Origin: Hormiphora californensis
Taxonomy: Eukaryota > Animalia > Ctenophora
Direction of reading: 5' to 3'
Assembly: GCA_020137815.1 (NCBI GenBank)
Contig: CM035361.1
Location: 2,294,001 to 2,358,000 of the forward strand
Length of the DNA stretch: 64,000 nt
This document shows, in pieces, positions 36,501 to 47,800 of this stretch (position 1 is the first letter of the stretch; every line of letters begins with the position of its first letter). The notes below the pieces were generated by a model. It did no database searches. It worked only from the letters and a program-made list of their open reading frames with translations, and was not told the DNA's origin. The translations under genes and the position numbers were made by a program.

Positions 36501-39500
36501 ATCGACCAGTAGCACTGTTTCTTGCCTGGGAAGAGATCTACTTGGAAAGGTATGAGCGTCACATTGTTCTCATCTGAAACAGTCATTTTTCATTAGTGCT
36601 GTATTTTTAACAGTTTATCTACTTGGTAACCGATTTTCACAAAAATTTGGAATCGGGAAGAAAATCGACCGAGGAACACTTTAAAAATATAGTCAGAAGT
36701 CTCACTCGTCATATAAATGCAGTTCAGGGCAAAAAAGCGCAAAAAAACCCCAAAAAACGCCATTTTAACAATGTTGCCGTGGATTTAGAGTTCCAATTCC
36801 AGCGGCAATCGATTCGGCGTGTCAAAAAACCCTAGGGTGACTTGATTTTGGCCGAAAAAATAAGATTTGAAAGTGTGGAATGTAGAATTTGGCCAGTGTG
36901 AGGGAAAATGCGATTTTCTCCTTAGGCTACTATGATATATTTTCCCCCACGGTCCTGCGTAGTTCCCAGAGGTCCCCTTTAGGTCACACAACCGTTCGTT
37001 TTTTTGGGGGGCTCGGTCGAGGTGGAACGTCCTTCAGGGGCACCGTGTACAGTCTATTCTAGGCGGCCTGGAAGTCCTTATGTTTTATCTAGGTGGCCCA
37101 TATTTTGTCACAAGCTAGTTTTAGGGATTACGAACCTAAAACCACGTCCAGATCAGCTCAGAAAATCAAGAAAAAAAATTTATAGCCCTTCTAAGGAGGC
37201 TAATTTCGGCCTTTTTTTAAAAACATTTCTCATTTTTTTGTTTTTTGGGGGCACAACTAATCCTTTGAAGGAATAAAAGTGCTCGACATAACCGACCGAA
37301 TGCAAAAAGTCGCATCAAAAAATATTGAAAATTGAATGAGTTATTAACATTTAAGGCGCCGTATCATATATGATACTATCGCCCGTAAGGGAATTCTAGT
37401 AACAAATCTAAATTGTACAAGTTTGTGGGTGTTATGGCATAAATTTATGCTTTCATGTGGTATGTAGCTACAAGTTCTACAATCGTGAACGGTTTTTACC
37501 AGGAAAAGAACCAAAATTAGAGATTTGTATCATATATGATACTATCGCCCTAAGGGTAAATTCTCCTAAAACATGCATTATTCGGGCTAGAAAAGGAGCT
37601 AAGAGACAAATCAGGGCACTTAAATGTGTAGAATCATCGCATTAGTGGGGGTAGAGCACATATTTAGGTCGCTATCTGGACCCCTAATTGAGATAATTGC
37701 ATAATTAGCTAATTATCTGTCCCGCGTGTGCTAATTATTCATGAAACTTTGCTCTGGGAAGGAGTTATGAGACAAATGGGGGCACTAAAATGTGTAGAAT
37801 CATTACATTAGTGGGGGTAGAGCACATATTTAGGTCGCTATCTGGATCCATAATTGAGATAATTGGATAATTAGCTAATTGACAGTTGCACACCGTCCAC
37901 TTTTCACCAAATCCCGTGGTTTCTAGGTAATCCTGAGCTCTTTTGCTCAATCTAAGGATCTTCTGACAACCCCTAACCCCATTTGTATCACCTATGACTC
38001 GTTTTACACAATAGTATAGCACTCGATACAACCCTAGACACTGCCTTCAGCTCTTTAGAACCCTCTTGCTCCATCCTAGACCTCTCATACATCCAAGATC
38101 CAACTATAATCCTATAGAATTTGTATATCCTATTGCTCCTACAACACGTTCAACCTCTAATGTACTACAGTTTCCCATATTTATTGTTTGGACACACGGT
38201 TATAGGGGTTTAGGGATATTAGGGGATGTCAGAAGATCCTTAGATTGAACAAAAGAGCTCAGGATTACCTAGAAACCACGGGATTTGGTGAAAAGTGGAC
38301 GGTGTGCAACCGTCAATTAGCTAATTATCCAACTCGATGGAAATCTTGTTGAAGTTCCCAGTTCTACTGCGAATATGCAATGCTCCCCCAAACTACGGTG
38401 CGGTGGTTGAGCACTCTACTGGAACTTTCCTCACCTTCTACATCTCGTATTTGGAAACAAATGACATGAAAGCACCACACTTAGGATCAACAGCCCACGG
38501 AAATATATGTCCAAGCCACTAGGGGGATCAACCAGACAGCTACACGAAGAAACTAGAGGAAGTAGGAGCTGCTAAATCTATTAGGAAGAAAGAACAAGTC
38601 AAGTTCTGTTTATTTTGTTTTATAAAGGAGCAGGGTTATATTCCAATTCATTCTCATTTCTAATTTGTCGCCTGATGATTCGTTTCCCGTAAGGGTTTCG
38701 ATGAAACAATTGTAGCGTACCAAATACGTAGTTGTTTTACTTCGTTGTGATAAGCTCGCCACAGTTTACTGTCGGCTAGAGCACTCTTTGCTGGAAACCA
38801 GATGGATCCTTAACTCGATGGAAATCTTGTTGAAGTTCCCAGTTCTACTGCGAATATGCAATGCTCCCCCAAACTACGGTGCGGTGGTTGAGCACTCTAC
38901 TGGAACTTTCCTCACCTTCTACATCTCGTATTTGGAAACAAATGACATGAAAGCACCACACTTAGGATCAACAGCCCACGGAAATATATGTCCAAGCCAC
39001 TAGGGGGATCAACCAGACAGCTACACGAAGAAACTAGAGGAAGTAGGAGCTGCTAAATCTATTAGGAAGAAAGAACAAGTCAAGTTCTGTTTATTTTGTT
39101 TTATAAAGGAGCAGGGTTATATTCCAATTCATTCTCATTTCTAATTTGTCGCCTGATGATTCGTTTCCCGTAAGGGTTTCGATGAAACAATTGTAGCGTA
39201 CCAAATACGTAGTTGTTTTACTTCGTTGTAATTATCCAATTATCTCATTTAGGAGTTGGAATAGAAACTCAGCTATGTGCTCTACCTCCACTAAGGCGAT
39301 GATTTTACACATTTTAGTGCCCCTACTTGTCTTGGATACTCACAAAGTCTCATTTATTAGCGCTCCAGGGCAACTAATTAGCTAATTATCCAATTATCTC
39401 AATTATGGATCCAGATAGCGACCTAAATATGTGCTCTACCCCCACTAATGTAATGATTCTACACATTTTAGTGCCCCCATTTGTCTCATAACTCCTTCCC

Positions 39501-42500
39501 AGAGCAAAGTTTCATGAATAATTAGCACACGCGGGACAGATAATTAGCTAATTATGCAATTATCTCAATTAGGGGTCCAGATAGCGACCTAAATATGTGC
39601 TCTACCCCCACTAATGCGATGATTCTACACATTTTAGTGCCCCCATTTGTCTCTTAGCTCCTTTTCTAGCACGAATTATGTATGTTTTAGGAGAATTTAT
39701 CCTTTGGACGATAGTATCATATATGATACAAATCTCTAATTTGGGTTCTTTTCCTGGTAAAAACCGTTCACGAATGTAGAACTTGTAGCTACAAACCTCA
39801 TGAAAGCATGAATTTATGCCATAACAGTACCCACAAACTTGTACAATTTAGATTTGTTACTAGAATTCCCTTACGGGCGATAGTATCATATATGCTACAG
39901 TGGGCCCAGCAAAAACTACAAGTCGGAATTACAAATTTCCTTTTCGAGGCGTTTTGCGTTGATAACATCTACTTATAAACGAAAAATTAGACAATTCTAT
40001 CGAGCCAATCCTTCTCGCCGTCAAAGGGTTAATTAATTGGACCATTGCACACACATCAATATATTCCCACAAGCTGTGCAGTAGACAATCAATCTATATA
40101 GCGGTATAAAGCGGTATATAGTGTGTGTGTCCAGTGTCCACTGTCCATCTGTATGATTGTTCCTGGACCTTCTTCTTCTTCTGGATCGTTCTCTTTATTT
40201 TGTTGCACGTTTTAGATGGCACTATGTATTGTAATATATCGCTCTTTCTTTAAAATTGTCTATTGATATGGTAATTCTGACAAATCTAATCAACTCACGG
40301 ACCTTTTTTAAATTTTTTTCTTGATGTACTTAGATCTTTAAATGGAAAATCCCCCCGTTATTTCTCCATGCACTGAGGTGATATATCGATCATGAGTTAG
40401 GGGGGTTCGGGTAATTGTGACACTGAAAGGCGCCATGAGGTGATATATCGATCATGTGTTAGGGGGGGGGGGTTCGGGTAATTGTCCAACACTGAAAAGG
40501 GCCTGCCTAGTATAATACAATCCTAGGAAACCCGATGTGTGTTTCTGAGCGTCAAAATAGTGACTTAAAATATAGTTGACTCTAGTGCGGAATTGCATCA
40601 AAAGTTAATGCCATGATATCAAAGATTATAATATGTTCACTCCTGCAGGAGCTGGCACTGCTCCATGGATCCAGGCGGACTGCGACGGTGTCATGTAAGG
40701 ACGCTGTTGAGCTGATAGCCGTTGATAAAGAGGATTTTGTGCAAATGAATCAGCTGGATACTGATGAAGAGAAGGAACATATCAAGTAAGCCATGTACTT
40801 GGTGATATGGACATATATGAGATCAATCCCTGGTACTCACAAACAAAAATTCTCACTGCAGTTATATCGCAGTGACCGTGATCACTGATCTGTATATAAA
40901 ACCCAATAATCTCTTCAGGTACTGTAGATCACTAGGGATTTTAGGTGACTGGCCCGTCTCATTACTGAACGATGTCACAGGAGTCTGCAACTTTCACTTT
41001 TTTAAGTAAGTGCAGATAAGAGCATCTCACGCAGCATGCACCGACCGAATCAGGAAATACTGGTCCCTGATTGGCTGATAACCAGTCACGTGACCTAAAT
41101 AACGAGTTCTGATTGGTTGTTTACTTGTTTCGGTCGGTTCCTGTTAAGCAGTATGCACATGTCGATCATAACCAATATTCCTGATTGTTTTAGAAAGGGG
41201 ACTGTTATGGCGAAGTCGAACCACAAGACACCATTCATCTACATAGTGAAATCGGTAAGACAAATTGAGGAATTGGTGGAAATTCAATAACAGTCGATAC
41301 TGAACCTCAGCTCCAGGTCACGGCTATTAACCCCTGCTGCAGAGACCCAGGTTTCAGGACTTAAAGTGAGAGTGGACCGAATCAGAATTGGACAAGTTTG
41401 TTGTAGGTAGTAGAGATTAGCTTTCTGAGCATTTTGCGTTTTTGCCGCTCAAAATCGACCCACCCATCACTGAGATATTTTTGTTATGTTGGGAGAACTC
41501 CTATTTAATCAGTATGTATAAAACATAATAGAAACAATCGTGGTGTTTTACTAACACATTCTGAATATAAGCAGTGAGGTTGACATGTCCATGCACAGAA
41601 GCAGGGTAATGCAAGCCAGCCTATTAAAAATTTAAAGAATGTGTTAGTAAAACACAAGGATTGTTTCTATCCTGTTTGATAAATATTGCTCTAGCAGGAA
41701 TTCTCCCAACATAACAAAAATATCTCAGTGATGGGTGGGTCGATTTTGAGCGGCAAAAACGCAAAATGCTCGGAAAGCTAATCTCTACTACCTACAGCAA
41801 ACTTGTCCAATTCTGATCCGGTCCACTCTCACTTTAAAACTCTGCTTTTCCCTGACATTTTCCATGACATTTTCCCGGAAATCTCAGGGAATAGTCGTGA
41901 CTCTCAGGTCTCAGAGATGACCTGAACCTGATGTTCAGGATCGACTGTTTTGCCGGAATGAATGTTTGGAAGAAACTTGTTATGTAGGATTTTATTATGC
42001 CTATAAGTTGTACCTGAAAACTTATAACACGAGACCGAAGGTCGAGTGTTATAAGTGCAACAATAATGATCCGAGACCACAGGTCGAGGCAGATTCTTGT
42101 ACTTTAGTGTACGAGCCTGCGAGTGCCACTAAGTGTGACTACCTCACGAGCCTGCGAGTGATGTAGTTTTACTTTTTGACCGAGCCTGCGAGGTCTAAAA
42201 GTGTACGAATCTGGGACATTATTGTTGACGTCAGGTACAACGAAAACAGGCATAATAAAATTGCATTGTAAAATTTTTTAAACAAGAGTGAGAGACACTT
42301 TAGGGCGTAACAATAGAACAAATTCATGATAAGGTAGCAGGCAGAGAAATCAGTATAAGATAAGATAACGCCTGAGATAGGTAAAGAGAGTGAGAGATTA
42401 GTGAGAGTGAGAGAGATAAAGAATGTGTGGGTCCGGGAGTTCGTAACCGTTATCTTGATCTCGATGCTGCAAGGGCGTGAGAGTGTGACATAAAGAAAGA

Positions 42501-43451
42501 GAGAGAGGGAGTTCGTACACGTTTATCTTTCTAACGGTTTTTAAACGTGACAGAAACAGTGAAGTTCGAAGTGCAGCAGTGTTATAAGTTTTCATGTATC
42601 ACTGGGGGGTGTTATAAGTGAAAACTTATAACACTGCCCAGTGTTATAAGTAAAAACTTATAACACTGCCCAGTGTTATAAGTTGTACAAGCAGTGCTAC
42701 CTAAAGAATTATATTATATCTCAAAATTTTACAATGTAGCTTGTTATGTAATGAATGAGATCTGATCAGGATTATAAATAGGGAGGAAACTAGGAAAATA
42801 TCTGGCGAGGGTCGGGCCTCAACCGTCAACCTAGCTCTGCATTACATTGCTTTAGCCTATTGAGCTACCTCGCCTAAAATTATATCTACATTTCTTCTCT
42901 CTATATACGTGATAGAGCTTGTTATGAATTGTCTTAATCAACACCACATAATATTTATAGGGACGTGTAAAAGTGTTGACAAAAGTGACAAAGCTTCGTC
43001 GGAAACGCCATCAAGGAGTCAGAGTGCCTCACTATCGATCAAGTATGGATCAGTGCATATAATAGAGTAATAGACCAATGCTGAGTATTAGCTGACACAC
43101 ATTACTGTGTTGTTTTTTACATTATATAACCATTAAAATGTTTGTAGGAACACCCAGTTCCAAAAGTGGAAGAAGCGCAAAGTCTGATACTAGTTCACCT
43201 AGGGTACGTATAAACTTGTTTCCACGTGGCTTGTACAATCATGAACTCTTTCAATCATGTAAAGACGACTTTTTTCTGGCACCATTTTGATTCTCAACTA
43301 GCCATGAGACAGTCAGAATATTGGTATAATAAAAGAAATCCTATATTCCTAGGACCATCACATGGGACGGAATACTCGAACTGCGTCTATCAGCACTGCT
43401 GCCTCTGGGGGATCGCATGGAAATGAAATGAGAACTGGAGGAAACTTAGTG
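33535..43451 (+). CDS. Cyclic-nucleotide-binding-domain protein (CNBD2-like)
   Basis: Exons 33844-33949 (RIILRQGDRAEWFYYVLSG), 34138-34226 (...GYLTRGTAFG), 40649-40785 (ELALLHGSRRTATV; phosphate-binding cassette), 40919-41005, 41194-41254 (FIYIVKS), 42961-43042, 43148-43203, 43353-43451, all in phase. Gene ends uncertain. Confidence 0.85.
34274..34445. mobile_element. Tc1/mariner-type MITE (same family as 17488)
   Basis: ta|cagtcggaccccgatttaacggc...gccgttaaatcggggtccgactg|ta. Confidence 0.85.
35323..35751 (-). CDS. 142-aa ORF with one predicted TM helix inside the Chapaev-like element
   Basis: ATG-initiated non-repetitive ORF filling the space next to the left TIR. Hydrophobic stretch LWWVWRSICLFVTILTLGLV flanked by CEC and CPC. 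Confidence 0.45.
   Translation of the reverse strand: MQNEIGRFRVHHLCETRRDEYWRRMNDVDSASNDVIGLDNDSSYNSDDEWVPGQIKEPQCECIVWPAEPQNVKLWWVWRSICLFVTILTLGLVRLPLTRDMKQEHQQRCPCFIQPALVPRDSTIRRDPFVYLSTGSQDSDDL
36037..36323 (+). pseudogene. Terminal exon of a Chapaev/Transib-type transposase
   Basis: After acceptor ctctccaatcag: YRSAIQEFRDCLSTLRAYYGTSTTTKFHIIEEHLEEFIDYNLGRPLGMFSEQELENAHSSWNALWSNYK...AYNASHV*. The KxHxxxxH...LGxxSEQxxExxH motif corresponds to the RAG1 zinc-binding His pair and catalytic Glu region. Confidence 0.8.
38664..38724 (+). ncRNA. Type I minimal hammerhead ribozyme
   Basis: cgc-CTGATGA-ttcgtttccc(gtaa)gggtttcgat-GAAAC-aatt-GTA-gcg: conserved core, GNRA-capped stem II, palindromic minimal stem III (acaattgt). 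Confidence 0.8.
39145..39205 (+). ncRNA. Type I minimal hammerhead ribozyme (second copy)
   Basis: Same sequence as 38664-38724, 481 bp downstream. Confidence 0.8.
41040..41143. mobile_element. ~100-bp palindromic MITE (accgaccgaatcagg...cggtcggttcctg)
   Basis: Terminal inverted repeat; shorter copy at 48876-48961. Confidence 0.8.
41289..41949. mobile_element. Degenerate MITE hosting a nested TTAA element
   Basis: aacagtcgatactgaacctcag...caggtca vs tgacctg...ctgatgttcaggatcgactgtt. Confidence 0.55.
41365..41833. mobile_element. Kolobok-like MITE (TTAA TSD, AG...CT termini, long TIRs)
   Basis: ttaa|agtgagagtggacc...ggtccactctcact|ttaa; arms complementary over more than 130 bp. Confidence 0.75.
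41984..42690 (+). mobile_element. Helentron-like non-autonomous element (ttttattatgcct...aggcataataaaa IR; cgagaccgaaggtcgag hairpin)
   Basis: First ~83 bp match 60083-60165; internal gttataag / cttataac repeats. Confidence 0.5.
42749..42915 (-). mobile_element. Degenerate tRNA-like insertion related to the 44.0-44.8 kb element
   Basis: TSD agcttgttatg on both sides. Minus strand GGCGAGGTAGCTCAATAGG...CCTCGCCA. Shares the aaataggga.gaaa flank. Confidence 0.55.
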
Positions 43452-43645
43452 GTACGTGACACATTAATTATTGTATACTAATTATATATATATTAATTGA
43501 TTAATTAATTTTTAGCACATTTATAATCAATGTTTTTAACTGAAAAGCATTAATTGATGATCATAGAAACAGCTCGTACAAATAAAAGCGTGGTACGTGC
43601 AAGAATTATATATAATTTAATATCAAAATGAGTCAAAGCCAAACT

Positions 43646-43910
43646 AGGTCTCTCGCCCAACCACTCATGGATAAGCCTGTGGTGCTTATCTCCGATTCTA
43701 AGCCCGAACTATAGGGCTAAGAATCGGAGCCATTTCGTACCAAGGTACTAAAATTATAGTAGGGGGGCCTGCCCTACGTCCAGGGGAGTGTGACTTTCCA
43801 GCCGAAGCTGTACCAATTTATAGCTCGGTCAACTAGACGGCTTGCATTAGATTCCGAACCGAGATTCGAACCCGGGACCTTCTGTATTAGAACCGATCAG
43901 TGTGTTTCAC
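43646..43910 (-). mobile_element. tRNA-derived SINE-like sequence
   Basis: Minus-strand B-box GGTTCGAATC (plus strand gattcgaacccggg at 43863). Confidence 0.45.
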
Positions 43911-44077
43911 CAGTATTACATAGATCTCTATTATATATAATGTCAGGTCTCGACTAGACTTCTCTCTCTAGTATAAAACATCATGCTTATGTCTCACATT
44001 TTTTCAAAAACATATCTATGTATTCTGAATAATGAGTTCAGAGCAAGAATTAAATAGGGAAGAAAATCGAAAAATAC

Positions 44078-44152
44078 TGGGTTTGACCGGGAATTGAACC
44101 AGGGACCTCCAGAGAGACATGCTCGGAGCTATACCACTAAGCTACCAAACCC
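44078..44152 (-). ncRNA. tRNA-like Pol III unit (inverted copy)
   Basis: Reverse complement of 44560-44634. Confidence 0.6.
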
Positions 44153-44559
44153 TATGTACTGATCGCATTTCATCACTCTATATTCAAGCTCCTGCCCTTA
44201 ACTAGACACCATATGATAAAGGGAAGTAATTTTGATATCTCCTTCTGGTGATCAACACACACACACGCCCTCTGTACAACAGTTTAATGGGGAATCTCAC
44301 ACATACACGGGCAGAACTCGGTTAAGGAGAGATTAATTAGTATTCTGAATAATTACTCATTATTCAGAATACTAATTAATCTCTCCTTAACCGAGTTCTG
44401 CCCGTGTATGTGTGAGATTCCCCATTAAACTGTTGTACAGAGGGCGTGTGTGTGTGTTGATCACCAGAAGGAGATATCAAAATTACTTCCCTTTATCATA
44501 TGGTGTCTAGTTAAGGGCAGGAGCTTGAATATAGAGTGATGAAATGCGATCAGTACATA

Positions 44560-44634
44560 GGGTTTGGTAGCTTAGTGGTATAGCTCCGAGCATGTCTCTC
44601 TGGAGGTCCCTGGTTCAATTCCCGGTCAAACCCA
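44560..44634 (+). ncRNA. tRNA-like Pol III unit with non-canonical anticodon arm
   Basis: Acceptor stem GGGTTTG/CAAACCC, A-box TAGCTTAGTGG, B-box GGTTCAATTCC, TTTTT terminator 3 nt downstream. Confidence 0.6.
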
Positions 44635-44893
44635 GTATTTTTCGATTTTCTTCCCTATTTAATTCTTGCTCTGAACTCATTATTCAGAATACTAATTAAT
44701 CTCTCCTTAACCGAGTTCTGCCCGTGTATGTGTGAGATTCCCCATTAAACTGTTGTACAGAGGGCGTGTGTGTGTGTTGATCACCAGAAGGAGATATCAA
44801 AATTACTTCCCCCCCATATCTATGTAGATGGGACATATTTGTAAATTGATGGGAAAGAATAGCGCATTAATTAACTAGAGTCATTTCAATTTT

Positions 44894-47800
44894 CTAAATC
44901 GTAGTTTCTGTAATAAGTGTAGCCCCTGGTACAACAAGTAAACACGTCTTCTCCTCTTCCTCCTTCACCACATCATTGTGCAAACTGTGCGTAGTTGCTG
45001 ATGAGTTAACTGCAGGGGCAGTTGCCATAGGGGAAGTCCGTTCCAAGGCTGATTTTATCCCCCCACTTTTACCATTCTGACCATAGGATGTCAGCCGTGT
45101 GTTGTTTGCCTTTTTCATGGATTCTGACCTTTTGAATAACCTATAAAAGTTGTTACGTGGGTGAGAAAGGTTCGAGCAAGCTGGATATTACTATTAATAT
45201 AATATATTATAATTAGATAAAACGTATGCAACACATAACATTTCTGGACACCTTCAAATATTCATACCTGTAGTAGTAGATGAAGGGATTTATAGCTGCA
45301 TTCAGGTATATCATTAGATATAGGGTGAAGAAAAGTAGTATAGCAAACTCTTTCTCTGAAAAATACAGTTTAATTTTAAAGATAAACAGTTATAGAGAAC
45401 ACCTTGGCTATGTGTAATGCCGGAACAATTGATTTATTTAAATATATAGATATGAGACGCATTATATCTACATTTAAAACAACTGTATAATTACCATTTA
45501 AAACACATCTCCAAAACTGCATCTTCGCTGGACAAGATTTAGGTACCAAGTTGTGTAGGTCCAAGAAATGTATTAGTGAGACAATCCACCTTGAGAAAGA
45601 GAGAAGGGATGGTGAGTACAAAAAACATTATATTTGGGTTTGATATGTTTATTCTAAGCAGGTTAACGCGTAAAATATACTAGAGTAGATCTAGTATTAA
45701 TATATGTACTAACCAGGGGGCGTAAGTTAAAACAAAAAATATTAGAATCTGTAGAGTTGAGTGGGCTGCTTTTGCGTGTAAACTGTCATCTGAGCTCCTT
45801 CTCTAAATGGGTTAATTGCCTGTTAATTACAGCTGGTATCATATAGCCGCGTGTATCAATCAGCAAAAGGTGTCCATGCGTTTAATTAATTCAGCATGCA
45901 GCCTTTTAATTAGAATTCATTATTTGTTGCAGTATAAAACTTAGGTGGTAAACATTCGTGCCTGATCCTGAGGTTCAGACACGACTGTTTTCCCCTTAGT
46001 AGCAGGACGAGCTATAAACCCAGCAGCAGTTAAAAGAGGATTACACACACATGCTTGTTTCAGGATCTTTAACGTTCAAATAGTATTGACGATCCCAACA
46101 AATCAGAAGGTTCATTTATACCAAAGATTTTAAAGAGACAAACACACAAAAAAGAAAATTATTTTTTTGTAGATAATAAAAAAGATTTGGCTGCAATGTT
46201 TCCGACCTTCAAACGTTTGAACGAAATACGGGATCGTTCGGAGTAGATTTTCTGAGAAAAGTTATGGTAATTTTACATACATTTGCGTCTATATACCAAT
46301 GTATTTTTGCCATACCTTCGCTGCTGTTTATGCATATATTTTTTATAGTGTAAAACAAGGAAACGAATGCATTTCAGCTTTAATTTGGACGGGTGGGGGT
46401 ACCGAGTTCTCTGTTCATATCACTCATACTTTAATGCTTCCATGAGCATGAGCATGAGGGTTATGCAGAATTCACTTATAATGGTATCGGGAGTATTCCA
46501 GTAAAAAGCATAGGGTAGACCGGGGTAATTTGGACGGTGGGGCAATGTGGTCACAGGACGGGGCAATGTGGACTAGTGATTTATATGGGACTTTTAAATT
46601 GTGGTGTTTAGTGTGAAATAACGAAAAATGACGACTTTAAAGTTAAACTTTATTTCGGTAAACTTAATTATGATAATTATTTAAATTAAGGGTCAGAATT
46701 TCACAATATGACACTTTTCTATTCAGTTTCATCATCAAAATGACATTAGCTTTCGATTTAATTAGCTAATTGGCATTTTAATGAAGCGGGGCAATTCGGA
46801 CAATTTGGGGCAATTCGGACGAAAAAATCGGGGGCAATTCGGTCATAATCCAGATTGCCCCATGGGGCAATTTGGACTAGACCAAATTGCCCCATGGGGC
46901 AAATTGGTTAAAACAAATTGGCCTTATGGCGCCATTATACTCGTTTCTATGGTAACCATAGACAACCTGCTTTCATAATTATCCTATTCAATCAATATAG
47001 ATGGCTAAAACTGAGTAAATAGACCAAAAAATAGAAAAAAGGCGCATTTTACAACCAATTCTCTGGATGTCAAGGTAACAAGTCAATCCATGGTGTGGCA
47101 TTCGACAAACCAACTTCATAGAATCATAGGGTGCTCCAGAATATCTAGGACTGGTGCTTTGATGACCAAAAGTAGTGTTTTATCATGATAATCATCCATA
47201 TGCAGCCGATATAACTGAATGAAGGGATAAATTACAGGCTAACTTAGAGCAATAGGCATACATTTGATAACCAAAGCCACTGACTGGCTGGTAACTGAAG
47301 GTAGTCTGATGTCTCATTGTGACTCACAATCGATAGTCTAATACATAATACGGATGTAATGGGTGAATTTGGAGCAAGAAAATAGTACATTAATGTAAAT
47401 TCGCCGGTTGCTATGGTTACAAACTCCGTTGCTATAGTAACCCCAGGGAATTGCATTGAGTGGGAATCGGCCACTAACATGATTAATTAGATTGGATCCC
47501 CATAATAGTAATTTCTGGCCTTGTAAGCACCTGAAAACACAAACAGCATTCCTTTGAAAACCGTAGCTTTATTTGTGGTTTTTTGATCTTTTATGTCGAT
47601 TTTCTCAAAAACCCTATTTGGGATTAGATTAAATCTTTTTCTAATCGACTAGGCTAATCCTGAGCTTTCGAAAATGCACCCTACAGATATAGATCTGATG
47701 AACACTTAATTTTTTGGTTAATTAGGCTAATTACTACTTAATTAACTAATTTTGAAAAAAGGAATAGCACGGGATACTAAATTACTAGATGGCTGAAAAG

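Larger units (their letters stand above)
34624..37047. mobile_element. Chapaev/Transib-like (RAG1-related) deletion derivative with 672-bp TIRs
   Basis: CACGGTG...CACCGTG termini. 4-bp TSD taca confirmed by the empty site in copy 2 (gctacagtc). TIRs 34624-35295 and 36376-37047. Transposase last exon inside. Confidence 0.85.
38333..39228 (+). mobile_element. Retrozyme / non-autonomous Penelope-like insertion: 1.9 tandem copies of a 481-bp monomer
   Basis: 38331-38748 matches 38812-39229. Flanked by TSD taattatccaa (38322-38332, 39229-39239). Absent from copy 2 of the host element. Confidence 0.85.
34592..40028. mobile_element. piggyBac-like non-autonomous element, copy 1, carrying two nested insertions
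   Basis: TTAA TSD at 34588 and 40029. TIR CCCTTTGACGGCGA. Collinear with 50622-52876 once 34624-37047 and 38333-39228 are removed. Confidence 0.9.
44023..44814. mobile_element. TSD-flanked insertion: inverted copy + direct copy + partial copy of a 320-bp tRNA-like unit
   Basis: 44020-44352 is the reverse complement of about 44359-44692. 44675-44812 repeats 44355-44492. TSD catatctatgta at 44011-44022 and 44815-44826. Confidence 0.85.

Noticed and set aside
34680-36991. Identical ORF pairs 34680/36785 and 34836/36623
   Set aside because: Incidental frames within the two TIRs
38337-39003. 61/71-aa ORFs as a Penelope GIY-YIG endonuclease
   Set aside because: No GIY-YIG or RT motifs visible
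44560-44634. Functional tRNA gene
   Set aside because: Anticodon arm has a bulge and no canonical loop, the T-stem is mismatched, and it lies within a TSD-flanked repeat
45268-45355. GPCR as an opsin
   Set aside because: Position 7.43 (retinal-binding Lys in opsins) is Tyr in IYLNAAINPFIY
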